Positions 48,871 through 60,760 are shown, counted from the first letter of the stretch. The stretch: DNA of 64,000 nt from Mobula hypostoma (GCF_963921235.1 NC_086098.1:237150001-237214000); one strand, 5' to 3'. The notes: generated by a model not told the origin, from the sequence alone. Made by a program: numbers and translations.

Positions 48871-50832
48871 GCTTCCCATGCCCTTACGATAAAAACAGAT
48901 GTAAAGATACATTAACTTAAATAATGGTGCAAAAAGAGAGCAAGATCTTGAGGTAGTGTGAGACCGTGATAACTAGGTGGATACTACATACAGGCAGAGA
49001 GATGCTGTGGAGTGCAAGAAACTACTTCGCACGGAAGGATACAATCGCTTCGGAATAAAATCAGCCCAGTGTGAGGAACGGGAGAAGGTTGTGGTGCACG
49101 CACTGATGACACAAGTCAGCATTGCCCACCGATATCTCCACAGTTAGATGCCAATCACTTATTAATCGCAAATACTCCAGCCTACATAGGAACGAAGCAG
49201 TTGCAACCTATCGATGCGGTATAAACTTAAGGTTATTTCAGAAAAGTTAGAAGAAGGCTTTTTCACACAGAATGCGTGGAATGCGCTCTTAGAGGCAGAA
49301 ACATCAGGGTCAGTTAAAACACTCTTAGATGGGTCCATAGATGATAAAAAAAATGAAGGATGTGTAAGATGGAAGGGTTAGGATCGGTTAAATAGTCAAC
49401 ATCGTGGGTTAAAAGGCCTCTACTGTGCAGTATCCTACGTTCCGTCGCGAATAGTGTTTATGTTTCCTTTCTTCTTGACTACTATTCAACCTTCCGCCCA
49501 TCTTGTCAGCGTCCACTGGCATATCGTTTCTTTTCTCCGCCATTTTCCGGCGGAAAATTAGAAATCATTGTGTTTTGATGCGGAGGATAAGGAAGCTTCG
49601 TACACTTTGCAAGTATGTGTCCTGAAGAAGTACGGTGACAACAAAGTCAGGTGTAGGGATTGTCTGTGTCGTAGGGAAATATCCGGGAAAAAGAAGAAAA
49701 GGTTTCATTCTGCAGCTCGAAACCGGAGCCTTTTGGTATAAGTAGTTATGAAATGTTCGAAAATCTCAATATTGTAGAAAGTTAGTCCAGCATATTGGAA
49801 TAAGTTGCAGAATAAGTTAACACAAAGGGTCGATAAGTAAGATTCTATGCCCATCGGAACATGAGGAATGATCGAAGAAAGTCCCATGTCACCTTAAAGC
49901 ATGTGACCGGATCACTGTCTAGGTTATGAAATTTGTTTTCTTTGCTTGACCCGTGTGTGCAGAAAATATAAAATAGGCGCGGAAATATTTGATGTCAGGA
50001 ATTAAAAGAAATACATTATTTTGAGTGACCAGAAAGTACAATTTGCTCTCCAAGGGAAATATTAAGAATTATAACGAAAAGACGCAGCAGAGATGGACAG
50101 AACGGCCTTTATCTGCGTGGTGAACCCAAGAGAAAGCTGGATCACAGAGAAGTTAAAGAATAGGGCTGTTGAAGTAGGCATGACGAAAGAGGGTCAGATG
50201 ATTATAAAAGATCGTATGAGCAGCAAGGTTGAATGGACTGTCCCCTCTGCAGGAACATTGAGTCTGATTATAAGTATGTTACCCCGAATAAGTGTTAGGG
50301 TTGAAAGTGGAGTAGAATATCAAGCAAATTCTAATAGTTTTCATAGGAACTGACATAAACATTGAGCTACAACTCGGAAAACGGGATGTTGAAATATTGC
50401 GAGACATGCGACAGAACTATGGCAATACTAGAATAGATCACATCGTCATATACTAAGTTCCTTTGCGAAGTAAAATATTAATCATAAACATTTTCCGCTG
50501 AGGCTAGGTGAGAATTGAACGACAGGTCATGGGTTAAGGATGAAAGTTTAAATGTTTAAGAGCGAGCTTTTTTTTTACTGAAATGGTGGTGAGGGTGTGG
50601 AATAAGCTGCCAACGGAAATGGTGGATGCGGGTTCGATTTTAACACTCAAGAGAAATTTGGAGAGGTATATGGATTGAGGTATAGAGGGCTAACCTCCGG
50701 GTGCGGGAATTGGCAATGAAAAGTTCAACGCGGACAAAGTGGGCCAAAGCGCCGGTTTCTGCCCTGTAGTATTCTAATGATTTATGGTTATAATATCAAT
50801 GTTTCACATTGCCGCTCATTCACGGTAATTAC

Positions 50833-51135
50833 CTCTTCGAGCGAAAACACTGTCAGTAATTAAGTTCTCGGTCGCGTTGACTCGAAGTGAGCAGGTGCAT
50901 ACGGCGCCGCTGCGCCACGTCTCCACCGGGATTCCGATCTGACTCCTGAAACTTTGTGTCCCGTCGCGGTCTATTGTTCCGGAATCCACCCGTCCCTCGA
51001 AATCACGCCCCGAAACATCCCAGAGTATGAACTGGGCATCGGCGTCCACGTTTTGCGCCAAGCACATCAACTGGACCGTTTCCACCTCACGAATTTCACT
51101 CATCGGCGGTGTTAACAGAAAAATGCGCGGAGATC
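50833..51135 (-). CDS. VJ-C1 receptor gene, exon 3 (C1-set domain)
   Basis: Acceptor taccccattag|GA, donor AGAG|gtaatt, phase 1-1. Encodes (G)SPRIFLLTPPMSEIREVETVQLMCLAQNV...ILWDVSG...FRSQIGIPVETWRSGAVCTCSLRVNATENLITDSVFARR; C1-set strand pattern. Confidence 0.92.
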
Positions 51136-51224
51136 CTAATGGGGTATTGGAATAAGAATGTAATTAGTTAGGCGTAAAACCAGGAACTTCTGACCAAATG
51201 ATTTACAAATAATCTTTCGCTAAC

Positions 51225-51563
51225 CTGTAATAACCAGTTTGGAACCGTTACCAAACACGAAGGGCTTTTCGGTAATTGACTTGGCTGAACAGTAGTACCA
51301 CCCCGAATCAGTTATCTGGACATCATTAACAATCAGGGAGTAAATAGTACTTTCACCGTTAACTTGTCCCGATAACCTTCCAGCGGCGGGTGTGTATTCC
51401 ATCACAGAGTAAACGTACTGTAAATGTTCTTGGCGCTGCCGTTTGTACCAATTAACCTTCCCACCTGGTAACCAGCCCGTGTGGCAATCCACTTTAAAGG
51501 TACTTCCAACTGCAAGGACCTGAGTTGACGGCGTCTGACGGTAAACGTCCTGAGGGCTAACAA
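51225..51563 (-). CDS. VJ-C1 receptor gene, exon 2 (V domain with built-in J-like G strand)
   Basis: Acceptor ttcttcctttcgcag|TT, donor ACAG|gttagc. Encodes VSPQDVYRQTPSTQVLAVGSTFKVDCHTGWLPGGKVNWYKRQ...DSGWYYCSAKSITEKPFVFGNGSKLVIT: Cys, Trp, YYC and FGxG all present, no RSS. Confidence 0.93.
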
Positions 51564-51759
51564 CTGCGAAAGGAAGAAATTCACCAGGATGTTATCAGGG
51601 TACAGATCTATCAAATCTATTGTATGAACAAAATACCGGACTCTGCGTAAAATGCCCTGTGCGATCAATAAATTATTAGTATGCATAATATCCATTGGGA
51701 CTTGCATCTTAAGGATTAAAACGGAGCAAACAGAATGGGGAAATCAATAAAGAGTTGAA

Positions 51760-51880
51760 GGAAGAGAGACAGAGCTAGAGGTACATAGACAGGCAGACAG
51801 ATGGTTAGATAGAGATAAACAGAGAGGCAGACAGATAGACAAACGGAGGGATACACAGAGACAGACAGATAATAGGGCGG
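51760..51880 (+). repeat. (GACA/GATA)n-like degenerate tetranucleotide repeat in the leader-V intron
   Basis: agacaggcagacagatggttagatagagataaacagagaggcagacagatagac... Confidence 0.7.
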
Positions 51881-52366
51881 ATATTTGCAGCAGCCAAAGG
51901 ACATTTCAAAGTCACTGTGGTAGAACATGTGGAATCCCGGAGCACAGTAAAGTCCCGGGGAGGCGGGGCGGGAGGGGGAGATGGTGTTACGAGCAGCTAA
52001 TAATCATCCAGAAATATTTCAGTGATCTCCATAGATGGCTAACTCTGAACCACGGAGGCCGAGGGATTTCTCTGTTCTTGCTCCATAAGCCAACTTGGGA
52101 TGTTTTATCTGCAACAAGAGAGTCCTTTTAAGGTCTGACGGGAAGCTCCGGTAATGCAGGAATAAGGTGCACTTTGCTTAGCCGAGAAAAAATTCAGCTG
52201 AACGAACTTCCCCAACAGCAGGGTCTTCCCACTGGAGTCCGTGGACCCCTCGTTCAATGGTAGAGTGCCATGGCACAGAAAAGGTTGGAAAAACGTATCC
52301 TAAAGAGTTCACTTCCATAATCTGGCCGCAAAATTGACCTGCAAATTCGAACGGACGAAGACTAAC

Positions 52367-52409
52367 CTGGAAGGAGGTAGATCAGGACGCAGACCCATAA
52401 GAAGTTCAT
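52367..52409 (-). CDS. VJ-C1 receptor gene, exon 1 (signal peptide)
   Basis: acaATG at 52409; MNFLWVCVLIYLLP + G|gttagt (phase 1). The six exons total 43+339+303+117+59+93 = 954 nt, one open 317-aa frame. Confidence 0.85.
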
Positions 52410-52520
52410 TGTCCCGTTCGCTGCGAATTGTGCACCATGAGATTGCCCAGATAATCGTGGGATCGGAAAGTAAGCGAAATATATGTCAGGTGCCGAAATG
52501 TAGTATCGCCCTTAAAGGTA

Positions 52521-52570
52521 CATCTGTGGAAAGTCCCGCACTGTACCAATTCTCGCTACATGTTTCCTGT
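52521..52570 (-). promoter_or_regulatory. Candidate promoter elements of the VJ-C1 gene: exact NF-kB site, E-box, ETS core
   Basis: GGGACTTTCC (minus strand) at 52537-52528, CATCTG at 52521-52526, ACAGGAAA at about 52570-52563; 110-160 bp upstream of the ATG. Confidence 0.5.
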
Positions 52571-52929
52571 TTACACTTTAAACGTCAGTGAATGCATCTT
52601 ACTTCAAAGGGCGTTATGCGATACATGAGGAACACGCGTGGAAAGCGTTGTGTGGCGTAGGTTGCTTAAACCGGAGGCAAGAGACAGGCGTTGTCACATC
52701 ACATTGCTTTGCTTCTCTGAATCGTATGGCCCTTGCACTTTATTTGTCACCTTGCAGAGCACTTCCACTGTAACTAGAACACTGTATTCTACATCCTTAT
52801 TCCTATCAAGGAAGGACATGGTTGGTTTGGCAATTCAGTGCTATTTTCTCAGAAGAAACCCAGACCCGAATTTCAATTTTTTATCTAAAAAAGACCCAGC
52901 TCGGTCTTAAATATGAGCAGATACTCAAG

Positions 52930-53800
52930 CTATAGTGCTATACGCGCAGAAAGTTCTGGAGATTTGTCACGATTTGGATGATGAAATTTCCTCTCAAATT
53001 AGTTCTGAATGTTAAAAGCGTGACCGTGATTCTCGGTACTTCAATCCAAGAGAATCAGTAACTCAACATCAACCCTGTGAGAGCCAGAAAACAGTTTGCA
53101 GCTCTGACGAGTTAACATCCAGTTATTCTAAAGACCACAAACATCGCCTTAGTCTTAACTTCAACTCTGTGATCAATTCTCTGCAAAAAAGCTACGGGTT
53201 GCTTTTCCTCCTATTTGCCTCTTGTACCTCCACATTAATTTTTAATGTTTTGTGTACAATTAACTCCGAGTATTCTTTGAAATCAACATCTTTCAGACAT
53301 TGTAGACAGACATTTATAACTTCTTCACCAATTGCTGACTGATGTACTTGACTTTACATTTTTCCGCATTGCATTTCATTTTCTTTGTACGTTGGGCATT
53401 CGCTTAGATACTTTTCACCTTTTGTTAAAAATGTTCTATTTCCGTTAACAAAACTCAATCCATGACCATATATCACATTAAGTTTATTAATTTCATGTGA
53501 CGCCTAATCGTCCGATTTCATAAAGTAAACACGTTAAATAGTTCGCCTTTATCGCTTCAGCGACTTACGAACTCTAAATGTAGTGTTGCCAAACATACTT
53601 CACTCTGATGAATCTATAACAACTCTATCAAATCCAATCATTATTTTTTTCCTTATTACCACGTCCTTATGAGCAGATTTTAGCAATTTCCTTGCCATTA
53701 ATGTTGGATCGACGAGAGTTTATATATTATTTTTCTTTTGTTTCCCTACATTTACTGTATTTGAATATGAGGGAGTATCTATAGCATCTAGGAAGATGAC
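52930..53800 (-). mobile_element. Old, heavily decayed CR1-like LINE fragment
   Basis: Residual KCNAEKCKV and ELIVHKTLKINVEVQEA peptides resembling the CR1 RT C-terminus. Confidence 0.5.
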
Positions 53801-55519
53801 AACCAGTACATCTACAACATGCATAATTACCCTGGATTACTTTTTTTCTCCGAAATTTTACACTTCCTTTAAGTTTACTGTCAATTTCACCAACTGTATT
53901 TATCTGTGTTAATCTTACTCTCCCAGAATTTTTCCTATTTATAATTTATATAATTATTTGTCGATGTCCAGATCATTTTAGTTTCCTTTGTTCTAAAAAA
54001 ATGCAAAGACGAACAAAAATCGTATTTTCTTATAAATTGTCAATTTATAAATCAATATAAATTGTCCTGCTTCTTTTCTTCAGAAAATGCCCATAGATCG
54101 AAAGAGGCACGATTTAAAATGGACGTTTTTCTATAATCCGCACCTTCTAAACCAACTAGTCAAGTACTCCCACGACAATCCAATTTTGTTATATTATGCC
54201 CTGACACAGTATAAAATCAAAGGGATTTTAGAAGATCAGATCCCATAATTTGGTCAATGTAGTGCTGACATTTGTCTCCATACATGTTTCATATAATTCC
54301 ACATTAAAGAGTATTTGTGATGGGTCCTTACCGTCTCTTAGACGTTTTAGCTTTCAACTGCATTCAAAGTAAATAATCTTACCATAAAGTTTGAAACGAA
54401 CAGATTGGGGCCGTGCATTGAACGATACCTTTTCAGTAATGACGCTATACGATCCCATGATGATTTGTTTTTAAATAGAGATTTTTGAAATATCCAAAAG
54501 AACAAAAAATACAGAAAATGCGGGAAACATCGCCAGATCACCTAACATTTGAGGAAAGTTATTGTTTTACGTCGAGGAGTTCACGTCAGATAATAATATT
54601 ATGGAGACGAACACCGTTGAATGAAGCCTCCCATTCGCCATCTCTGCCGTACTGGCGCCGGCTCATTCCACCCATGTTCTTTTTAATACCAGTAGCGAAG
54701 AAGAAGAAATGGTGTAAACATTGAAGTGAGCGCTTTAAATTACACGTTGTTCGCCTCTCTCTAGTTCTGTTCTTCTTGGCCGACAATAAAACCTCTCTGC
54801 TTTCAGATTTTATAATTGTTCTGAAACCTCCCTTTGAGCTGCTCATTGCTTCGTCTAGTTCCTACACTCCCCCTGCGTAAATCTCACTAGCCGCGCTCTT
54901 GATCCTGTTTCTGGAGTCTGCAACGATCTCCCTTTCACGTAAATCGTCTCCGGCTCGGCTCTCCCTGTATCTGTAAGTTCTTTCTGCCCTACACCATTTT
55001 CCATATCATTTCCGTCTCCTAAATCATCCATGATCTAAATGATTGTTGCAGGACTGTCAGGAGCAAAGCCTCGTTCTGCTCCAAGTTGCTATGCAGCGTG
55101 AAAATGTATGATCCAATTGTCCTGCAGGGAAAACATGTAAGGCTAGTTGTTACTTTTGCAAGAATTTCGTTGCATATTATTTTCAGACTCCATAGTCTAT
55201 GTTTTCAGTACACTCCGAAATGTTTAACTGCCTCTTCACATTTAGAATTATAAAGTTCTTTGTTTGCCGTTGACATCCGGTGCTGCTCGTTCCCAATACC
55301 GCAACCGGAAATCTCAAACTAGCTACGCACGCCATCTTGTGGTACAATTACAGAGCACTTGTCAACGCCAATTGTACCATGTCCACTCAAAGCCCAGGAA
55401 AAAAAAACATTTGAGGGAAAAAGGATGGCAACTCACTCATTCGGCCGATACGGTCTTCAATTGAATTGTGGACCCCAAATACTTCTCATCTCTGGCTCCA
55501 TATTCCTACATATGGAATA

Positions 55520-57150
55520 TTAAAGATATGAAGGTAAGCTAGCCAATGACATAAAAGAGTAAAGCGAAGGTAAGTGTGGATAGCAGAACACTGGAAATTT
55601 ATGGTATATAGGCAGTAATGGGGGAAATAAAGAAATGTCAAACGAAATTAATATATTTTACACCTGCCTTCACTGTGGAAAATATTGGCAATAGGTCAGA
55701 AATTCGAGAGTATCGGAAGAGAATGTATTGATAGTACTAAGGAGAAGGTTCTTGGGAAGCTTAAAGCTCTATAGGTACACTCCTGGGTTGTAACAGAGGC
55801 AGAAAATTTTATCAAACGTTTGTAATGCTCTTTCATGAATCACTGCATAATGGAATGTTTCCGGAGGACTGCAAAATTGTAAATTACACCCGAGTTTTTC
55901 TAAAGGAAGCGAAGGTGAAGGAACTTATAGGCCACTTAGCGTGACACTAGTGGTTGGGAAGTTGCTGGAGTCCATGATTAAGCATGAAGTTTCGGTGTAT
56001 ATGGAGCCACATGATAAAGTAGACCAACATCAGCATGATATCTTTAAGGGCACAGTTTGCCTGACAAACCTGTTGCGTTTAATTTAAAAAATAACTGGAG
56101 GCAGGAACCGGATAGACAAAGGAGAGTTTGTGGATGCTGTTTTCTTGGTTTTTCAGAAGGTCTTTGACGAGGTGCTACACATGAAGCTGATTAACAAGGT
56201 AAGAGCCAATGATATCACGGGAAAGATACCAGCATGGATTGAAGATTAGTTACCGCAGACTAGTGGTGTTCTGCAACTGTCAGTGTTGGGATTGTTTCTT
56301 TTGTTACTTGACGTCAACGATTTGGTTGACAGAATTGATGGCTTTGTAGCGATATGAGGAGAAGTGGAGGAGCAGGTAGAGTAGTGCAGGAAACATAGAG
56401 TCTGTAGAAGAACTTTGACAGAACTGGAGAATGGTCAAAGAAGTTGCAGGTGGAATGTAGCGTAGGGCAGCATATGATGAAATACTTCGGTAGAAAGAAT
56501 AAAGGCATAGAATATTTTCAGAAAGGGAAGAAAATTCAATAATCAAAGGTGCAAAGAAAATTGGGAGACGTTGTGTAAGAATCCCTAAACGTTATTTGGA
56601 GGTTGAGTCGGTGGTAAGGAAGACAAATGCAATGTTTTCATGAATTTCGAGAAGACTAAAATATAAAAGCAAGGCTGTAATGCTGAGGCTTTATAAAGTA
56701 CTAATAATGCTGCACTTAGAGCATTGTGACCAGTTTGGGGCTCCAAATCTAAGCAAAGGTGTGCTGATAGTGCAGACGGTCCAGAGAAGCTTCACAAACA
56801 TGATCCCTGGAATGAAAGGGTTAAAGTAGGAGGAGCCCTTGAGGATTCTTGGGCCGTAGTCACTGTAGTTTAGAAGAATGCAGAGGGGATATGTCAATGA
56901 AACCTATCGAATATTGAAAGACCTAGATAGAGTGCATACAGAGAGCATGCTTCCTTCTGTTAGTCAGTCTGGACAAGAGGCCACAGTCTCTGAATAGAGG
57001 TTCGTCCACTTATACCAAAGTTAAGGAGCAATGTCTTTATCCAGAGGGTTGTGAATCTATGTAATTCATTGCTAAGGACGGATGCGGACGCCAGCTATCA
57101 TGGAATGGCGGAGCAGAATCGATAGACTAAATGGCCTTTTTCTCCTCCCA
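55520..57150 (+). mobile_element. Decayed CR1 LINE
   Basis: Degenerate RT to 3' end (ccggaggactgcaaaattgtaaat...; cagaaggtctttgacgaggtg; ...gagggttgtgaatctatg). Confidence 0.8.
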
Positions 57151-58464
57151 TAGCTTATTGTCTTATTAGTACACCACAAATGTCCTTATGGTCTTGTGAT
57201 ACAAGAAAAATATCTAATATGTTCACTTCTCTAGGCGTAACTTAGGAGGACTATGGTGCCTAATGGCGATTCCATTGCTTGAATCTTCGGAAACGGCTCT
57301 ATTCTATCTTCAGGCTCTCCATTTTTCCCTTTCAGGGCTCTTTTGAAGACCCTGACCTGGAATAATGCGCTAACTACAGTTCTTTGCGGGAATGGGACCC
57401 ACTCTCGCGGTTTCACGACTGGCCGTTCATCGGCACACCAAGGGCGCGGCACAGGAGCCTCGCTCACCTTTGGAGGTCTGAGATTTTTTGTATCTGGAGA
57501 CGGGAACATCGGAGGTCGGTGTCCGGGCAGGAGATCGGTGTGTCGCGGGAGTCGGAAATTCTCAGGCTGTATGCCCAGAGGCCCGAGATCTTTGGGCACA
57601 GAGCTCGGTAAATGCGACGCAAAGGACTTTTAACATCATAAATCAGCGAGTTATCTTGTTATATCACCTCTCTTGCTGTGAAATGGAGATACTTCTGTTA
57701 CCCTTATTAGTGAGAGAGAGATCCTATGGTATGTCAAATTACCGGCTGAACGAGTAGTCTTTGGGGTACTGCAATTCTATGTCTTTATTGATGCTTTGCT
57801 GCACGCTTAAGTCTTGGTGGGGGGTGCCGATGCTTTTAAGCTAGTATGGGCGGGGGAGGGAGTCGTTGCTTTGCTGATGTTAACGCGTGGGTGGATAGTG
57901 CTGGGGGGTACTTTGCGGTTCTAACATTTAACTGCCATTCATTCTTTGGGGTACTCCTCTGTTTTCTTAGATATTTGCGAAGAAAAAGAATTTCAGGATG
58001 AATATTGCATTTAATTCTCTGATATTAAATATACCTATTGAAAGCTATTGTAACACTGCACACCTCCATCGTGCTTTGACGCCTCTCTCTACTTTCTATC
58101 AGCATCTGTAGGTATGTTATTGCTAAGCCCAAAGGTTAGTATAGATAGACATTTGTGGGCTGCCTCATGCATATCCTCGAAACAAGCGAAGCATTTCACT
58201 CTATGTTTTGATATAGATGCGACAAAAATTGATATATTTTAATATTTGAAATAGATGTGTACACACACATTTTTGTGCAACTTTAGCGAGGACTCCCAGA
58301 AATTGAAAGTACACCACCTGTGCAAGATTTTCCATTTCTATCTATTAATTACAACGTCAGAAATCTCATACGGTTTGTAAATAACAACTTCCCATTCTAA
58401 ATTCAATTATGACTCTTTAATCTCATTGATGACTCCAAGTATCCTTCATCCTCTGTCTCCCTCC

Positions 58465-58467
<3 letters not shown>

Positions 58468-58508
<41 letters not shown>

Positions 58509-58512
58509 TCTC
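58468..58512 (+). repeat. (TC)n microsatellite
   Basis: Perfect TC run of about 18 units with imperfect flanks. Confidence 0.95.
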
Positions 58513-58939
58513 TGTGTCACCGATTGACTCTCTTGCATTTATCTTTATCTTTCTCTCACTCTATTCTTCAGGAACTGTCTCAGAACTATAGAATTTTAGA
58601 CAGTGATAACCAATATTGACAACACTGTCTGTACGACAATTAGACGCTTGTGTTGCATGTATATTTTCATCGAATTGTCCTTGCGTTAAGCTGCTTCTGT
58701 TAAATGAGAGCGTATTAAGAACAACGGTAAAGTTTTCACTTACGGCATCGCTTCCCTCGACTCCTCCCACACTGCTGGATTTCAAACCCTAGGTACATGG
58801 GAAGTCCACCCTTTCTCCGGCGGATTCAAATTTCTAAGTAACCTTATTGTCAATGTACTTATGTGTCACCAAATACAACTCAGAGATATTTTCTCGCGAG
58901 TCCAAAAGAATCATTAGAAGGGGAAAGAGGAAATATGGA

Positions 58940-60760
58940 ATCAAATAGCAAACAATAGCAGTAAATAGTAAAACCTTTTTCAAGTGAGTGAGAACTAAAG
59001 GAGTGATGTCATTTGATAGAGGACCGCTAGAAAATGTGGCCGAAGAAATAATAAAGGGAGACAAGGAGATAGTAAATGAACTAAGTAAGCTTTTTACGTC
59101 AATCTTTATTGTGGAAGACACCAGCAGTGTGCCAGCTGTTGTAATTTGTGAAGGAAACGAAATGAGTATAGCTAGTATTACAAGGGAGAAGGTGTTCATA
59201 AAGCTGAAAAACACAAGGGTACATAGGTCGCCCGGACCAGATGATCTGCACTCTAGGATTCTGAAAGAGGTCGCGTTAGCAATAATCTTTCAAAAATCTT
59301 TGGACCTTGGCATGATGCCAGAGGACTGGAAAACTGCAAATGTTACTCCACTCTATGAAAGGAGGAAGGCAGTACAAAGGAAATTACAGACCAGTTAGCC
59401 TGAGCTCAGTGGTTGGGTAGAAGATGGAGTTAATTGGTAAGGACGAGGTCATGGACTGGATAGTGACATAGGACAAGATAAGACAAAGTCAACATGGTTT
59501 CCTTCAGGGAAAATCTTACCTGACGAACTTATTTGAATTATTTGAGGGGATTACAAGTGGGATAGGTAAAGGGGATGCGGTGGATGTTGTATATTTGGAC
59601 TTTCAAAAGGCCTTTGACAAGTTGCCACACATGAGGCTGCTTACCAAGTTAAGAACCCATAGCATTACAGAAAAGTTGCTATCATGGTTAGAGATTTGGC
59701 TAATTGGTAAGAGGCAGCGAGTGGGAATGAAGGAACCTTGTTTGGATGGTTGCCATTGACAAGCGATGTTCCGCAGAGTTCAGTGTTGGGAACTTCTTTT
59801 TATTCTGTATATCAATGATTTAGGTGATGGAATAGATGGATTTGTTGCCAAGTTTGCGGATAATACGAAGATTGGTGGAGGGGCAGGTAGTATTGTGGAA
59901 ACAGGTAGGCTCAAGAAGGACTTAGACAGATTAATAGAATGGTCAAGAAAGTGGCGAATGGAAAATGTATGGTCATACACTTTGGTAGTAGAAATAAATG
60001 TGCAGGCTATTTTAGAATGGGGAGAACATCTGAAATTCTGAGATGCAAAAGGACTTGGAAGTTATTGAGCAGAACACCCTAAAAGTTCACATGCAGATTG
60101 AGTCGGTAGTAAGGAAGGCAAAGGCAATGTTAGCATGCATTTACTGAGGACATGAATACAACAGCAGTGACATGGTGCTGAGGCTTTATAAGGTATTGGT
60201 GGGGCCTCACCTTGGAATTGTAAACAGTTTTGGACTCGTCATCTAAGAAAATATATGCTGGCATTGGAGAGGACCCAGAGGCAGTTCACCAGGATGATCA
60301 CAGGAATGAAAGGGTTTGATACGAGGAACGTTTGATAGCTTTGGGCCTGTACTCGATGGCATTTAGAAGGATGATGGGCGATCTCTTTGAAACCTTTCCA
60401 ATGTCCATACGGAGTAGACGTGGAAAGGATGTTTCTCATGATGGGAGAGTTTAGTCCAAGAGGTCACAGCCTCAGAATAGTTGGGTTAATTTAAAACAGA
60501 GATACAGAGAAATTTTCTTAGCCAGAGGGTGGTGTATTTGTGGAATTCATTACCACACGCAGCCTTGGAGGCCAGGTCATTGGGTATATTTAAGGCAGAG
60601 ATTAATAGGTTTTGATTGGACACTACATCAATCATTACGGGGAGAAGGTCGGGAAATGTGGATGAGGACGGGAATAAAGGATCAGCCAGAACTGAATGAA
60701 GGAGCAGACTCATTGGGCCAAATAGCCTAATGTTTGCGCATGTGTCTGAAGGCCTTATGG
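58940..60760 (+). mobile_element. CR1 LINE RT to 3' end
   Basis: ORFs 58988-59398 (RSPGPDDLHSRILKEVA...PEDWKTANVTPL) and 59766-60041 (LFILYINDL...AKFADNTKIGG). Confidence 0.9.

Noticed and set aside
49430-49545. Minus ORF MAEKRNDMPVDADK... in the C1-TM intron
   Set aside because: No supporting splice structure or homology; short enough to be chance.
49893-49918. Possible hinge mini-exon DSDPVTCFK in the C1-TM intron
   Set aside because: Phase 1 to 0 is incompatible with the phase-1 TM exon, and the donor (GTGACA) is weak.
50365-50460. Minus frame with ITIM-like LVYDDV and VIYSSI
   Set aside because: It lies upstream of the TM exon, is in the wrong phase for the C1 donor and abuts a CR1 fragment; treated as chance.
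51220-51492. Calling the third gene a TCR chain, NAR-TCR or Ig light chain
   Set aside because: It has no RSS or D/J array, no charged TM residue and a long Tyr-motif tail, and light chains lack a TM.
54680-54712. Possible leader MFTPFLLLRYW
   Set aside because: Phase-2 donor and a poor signal peptide; a much better phase-1 leader exists at 52409-52367.
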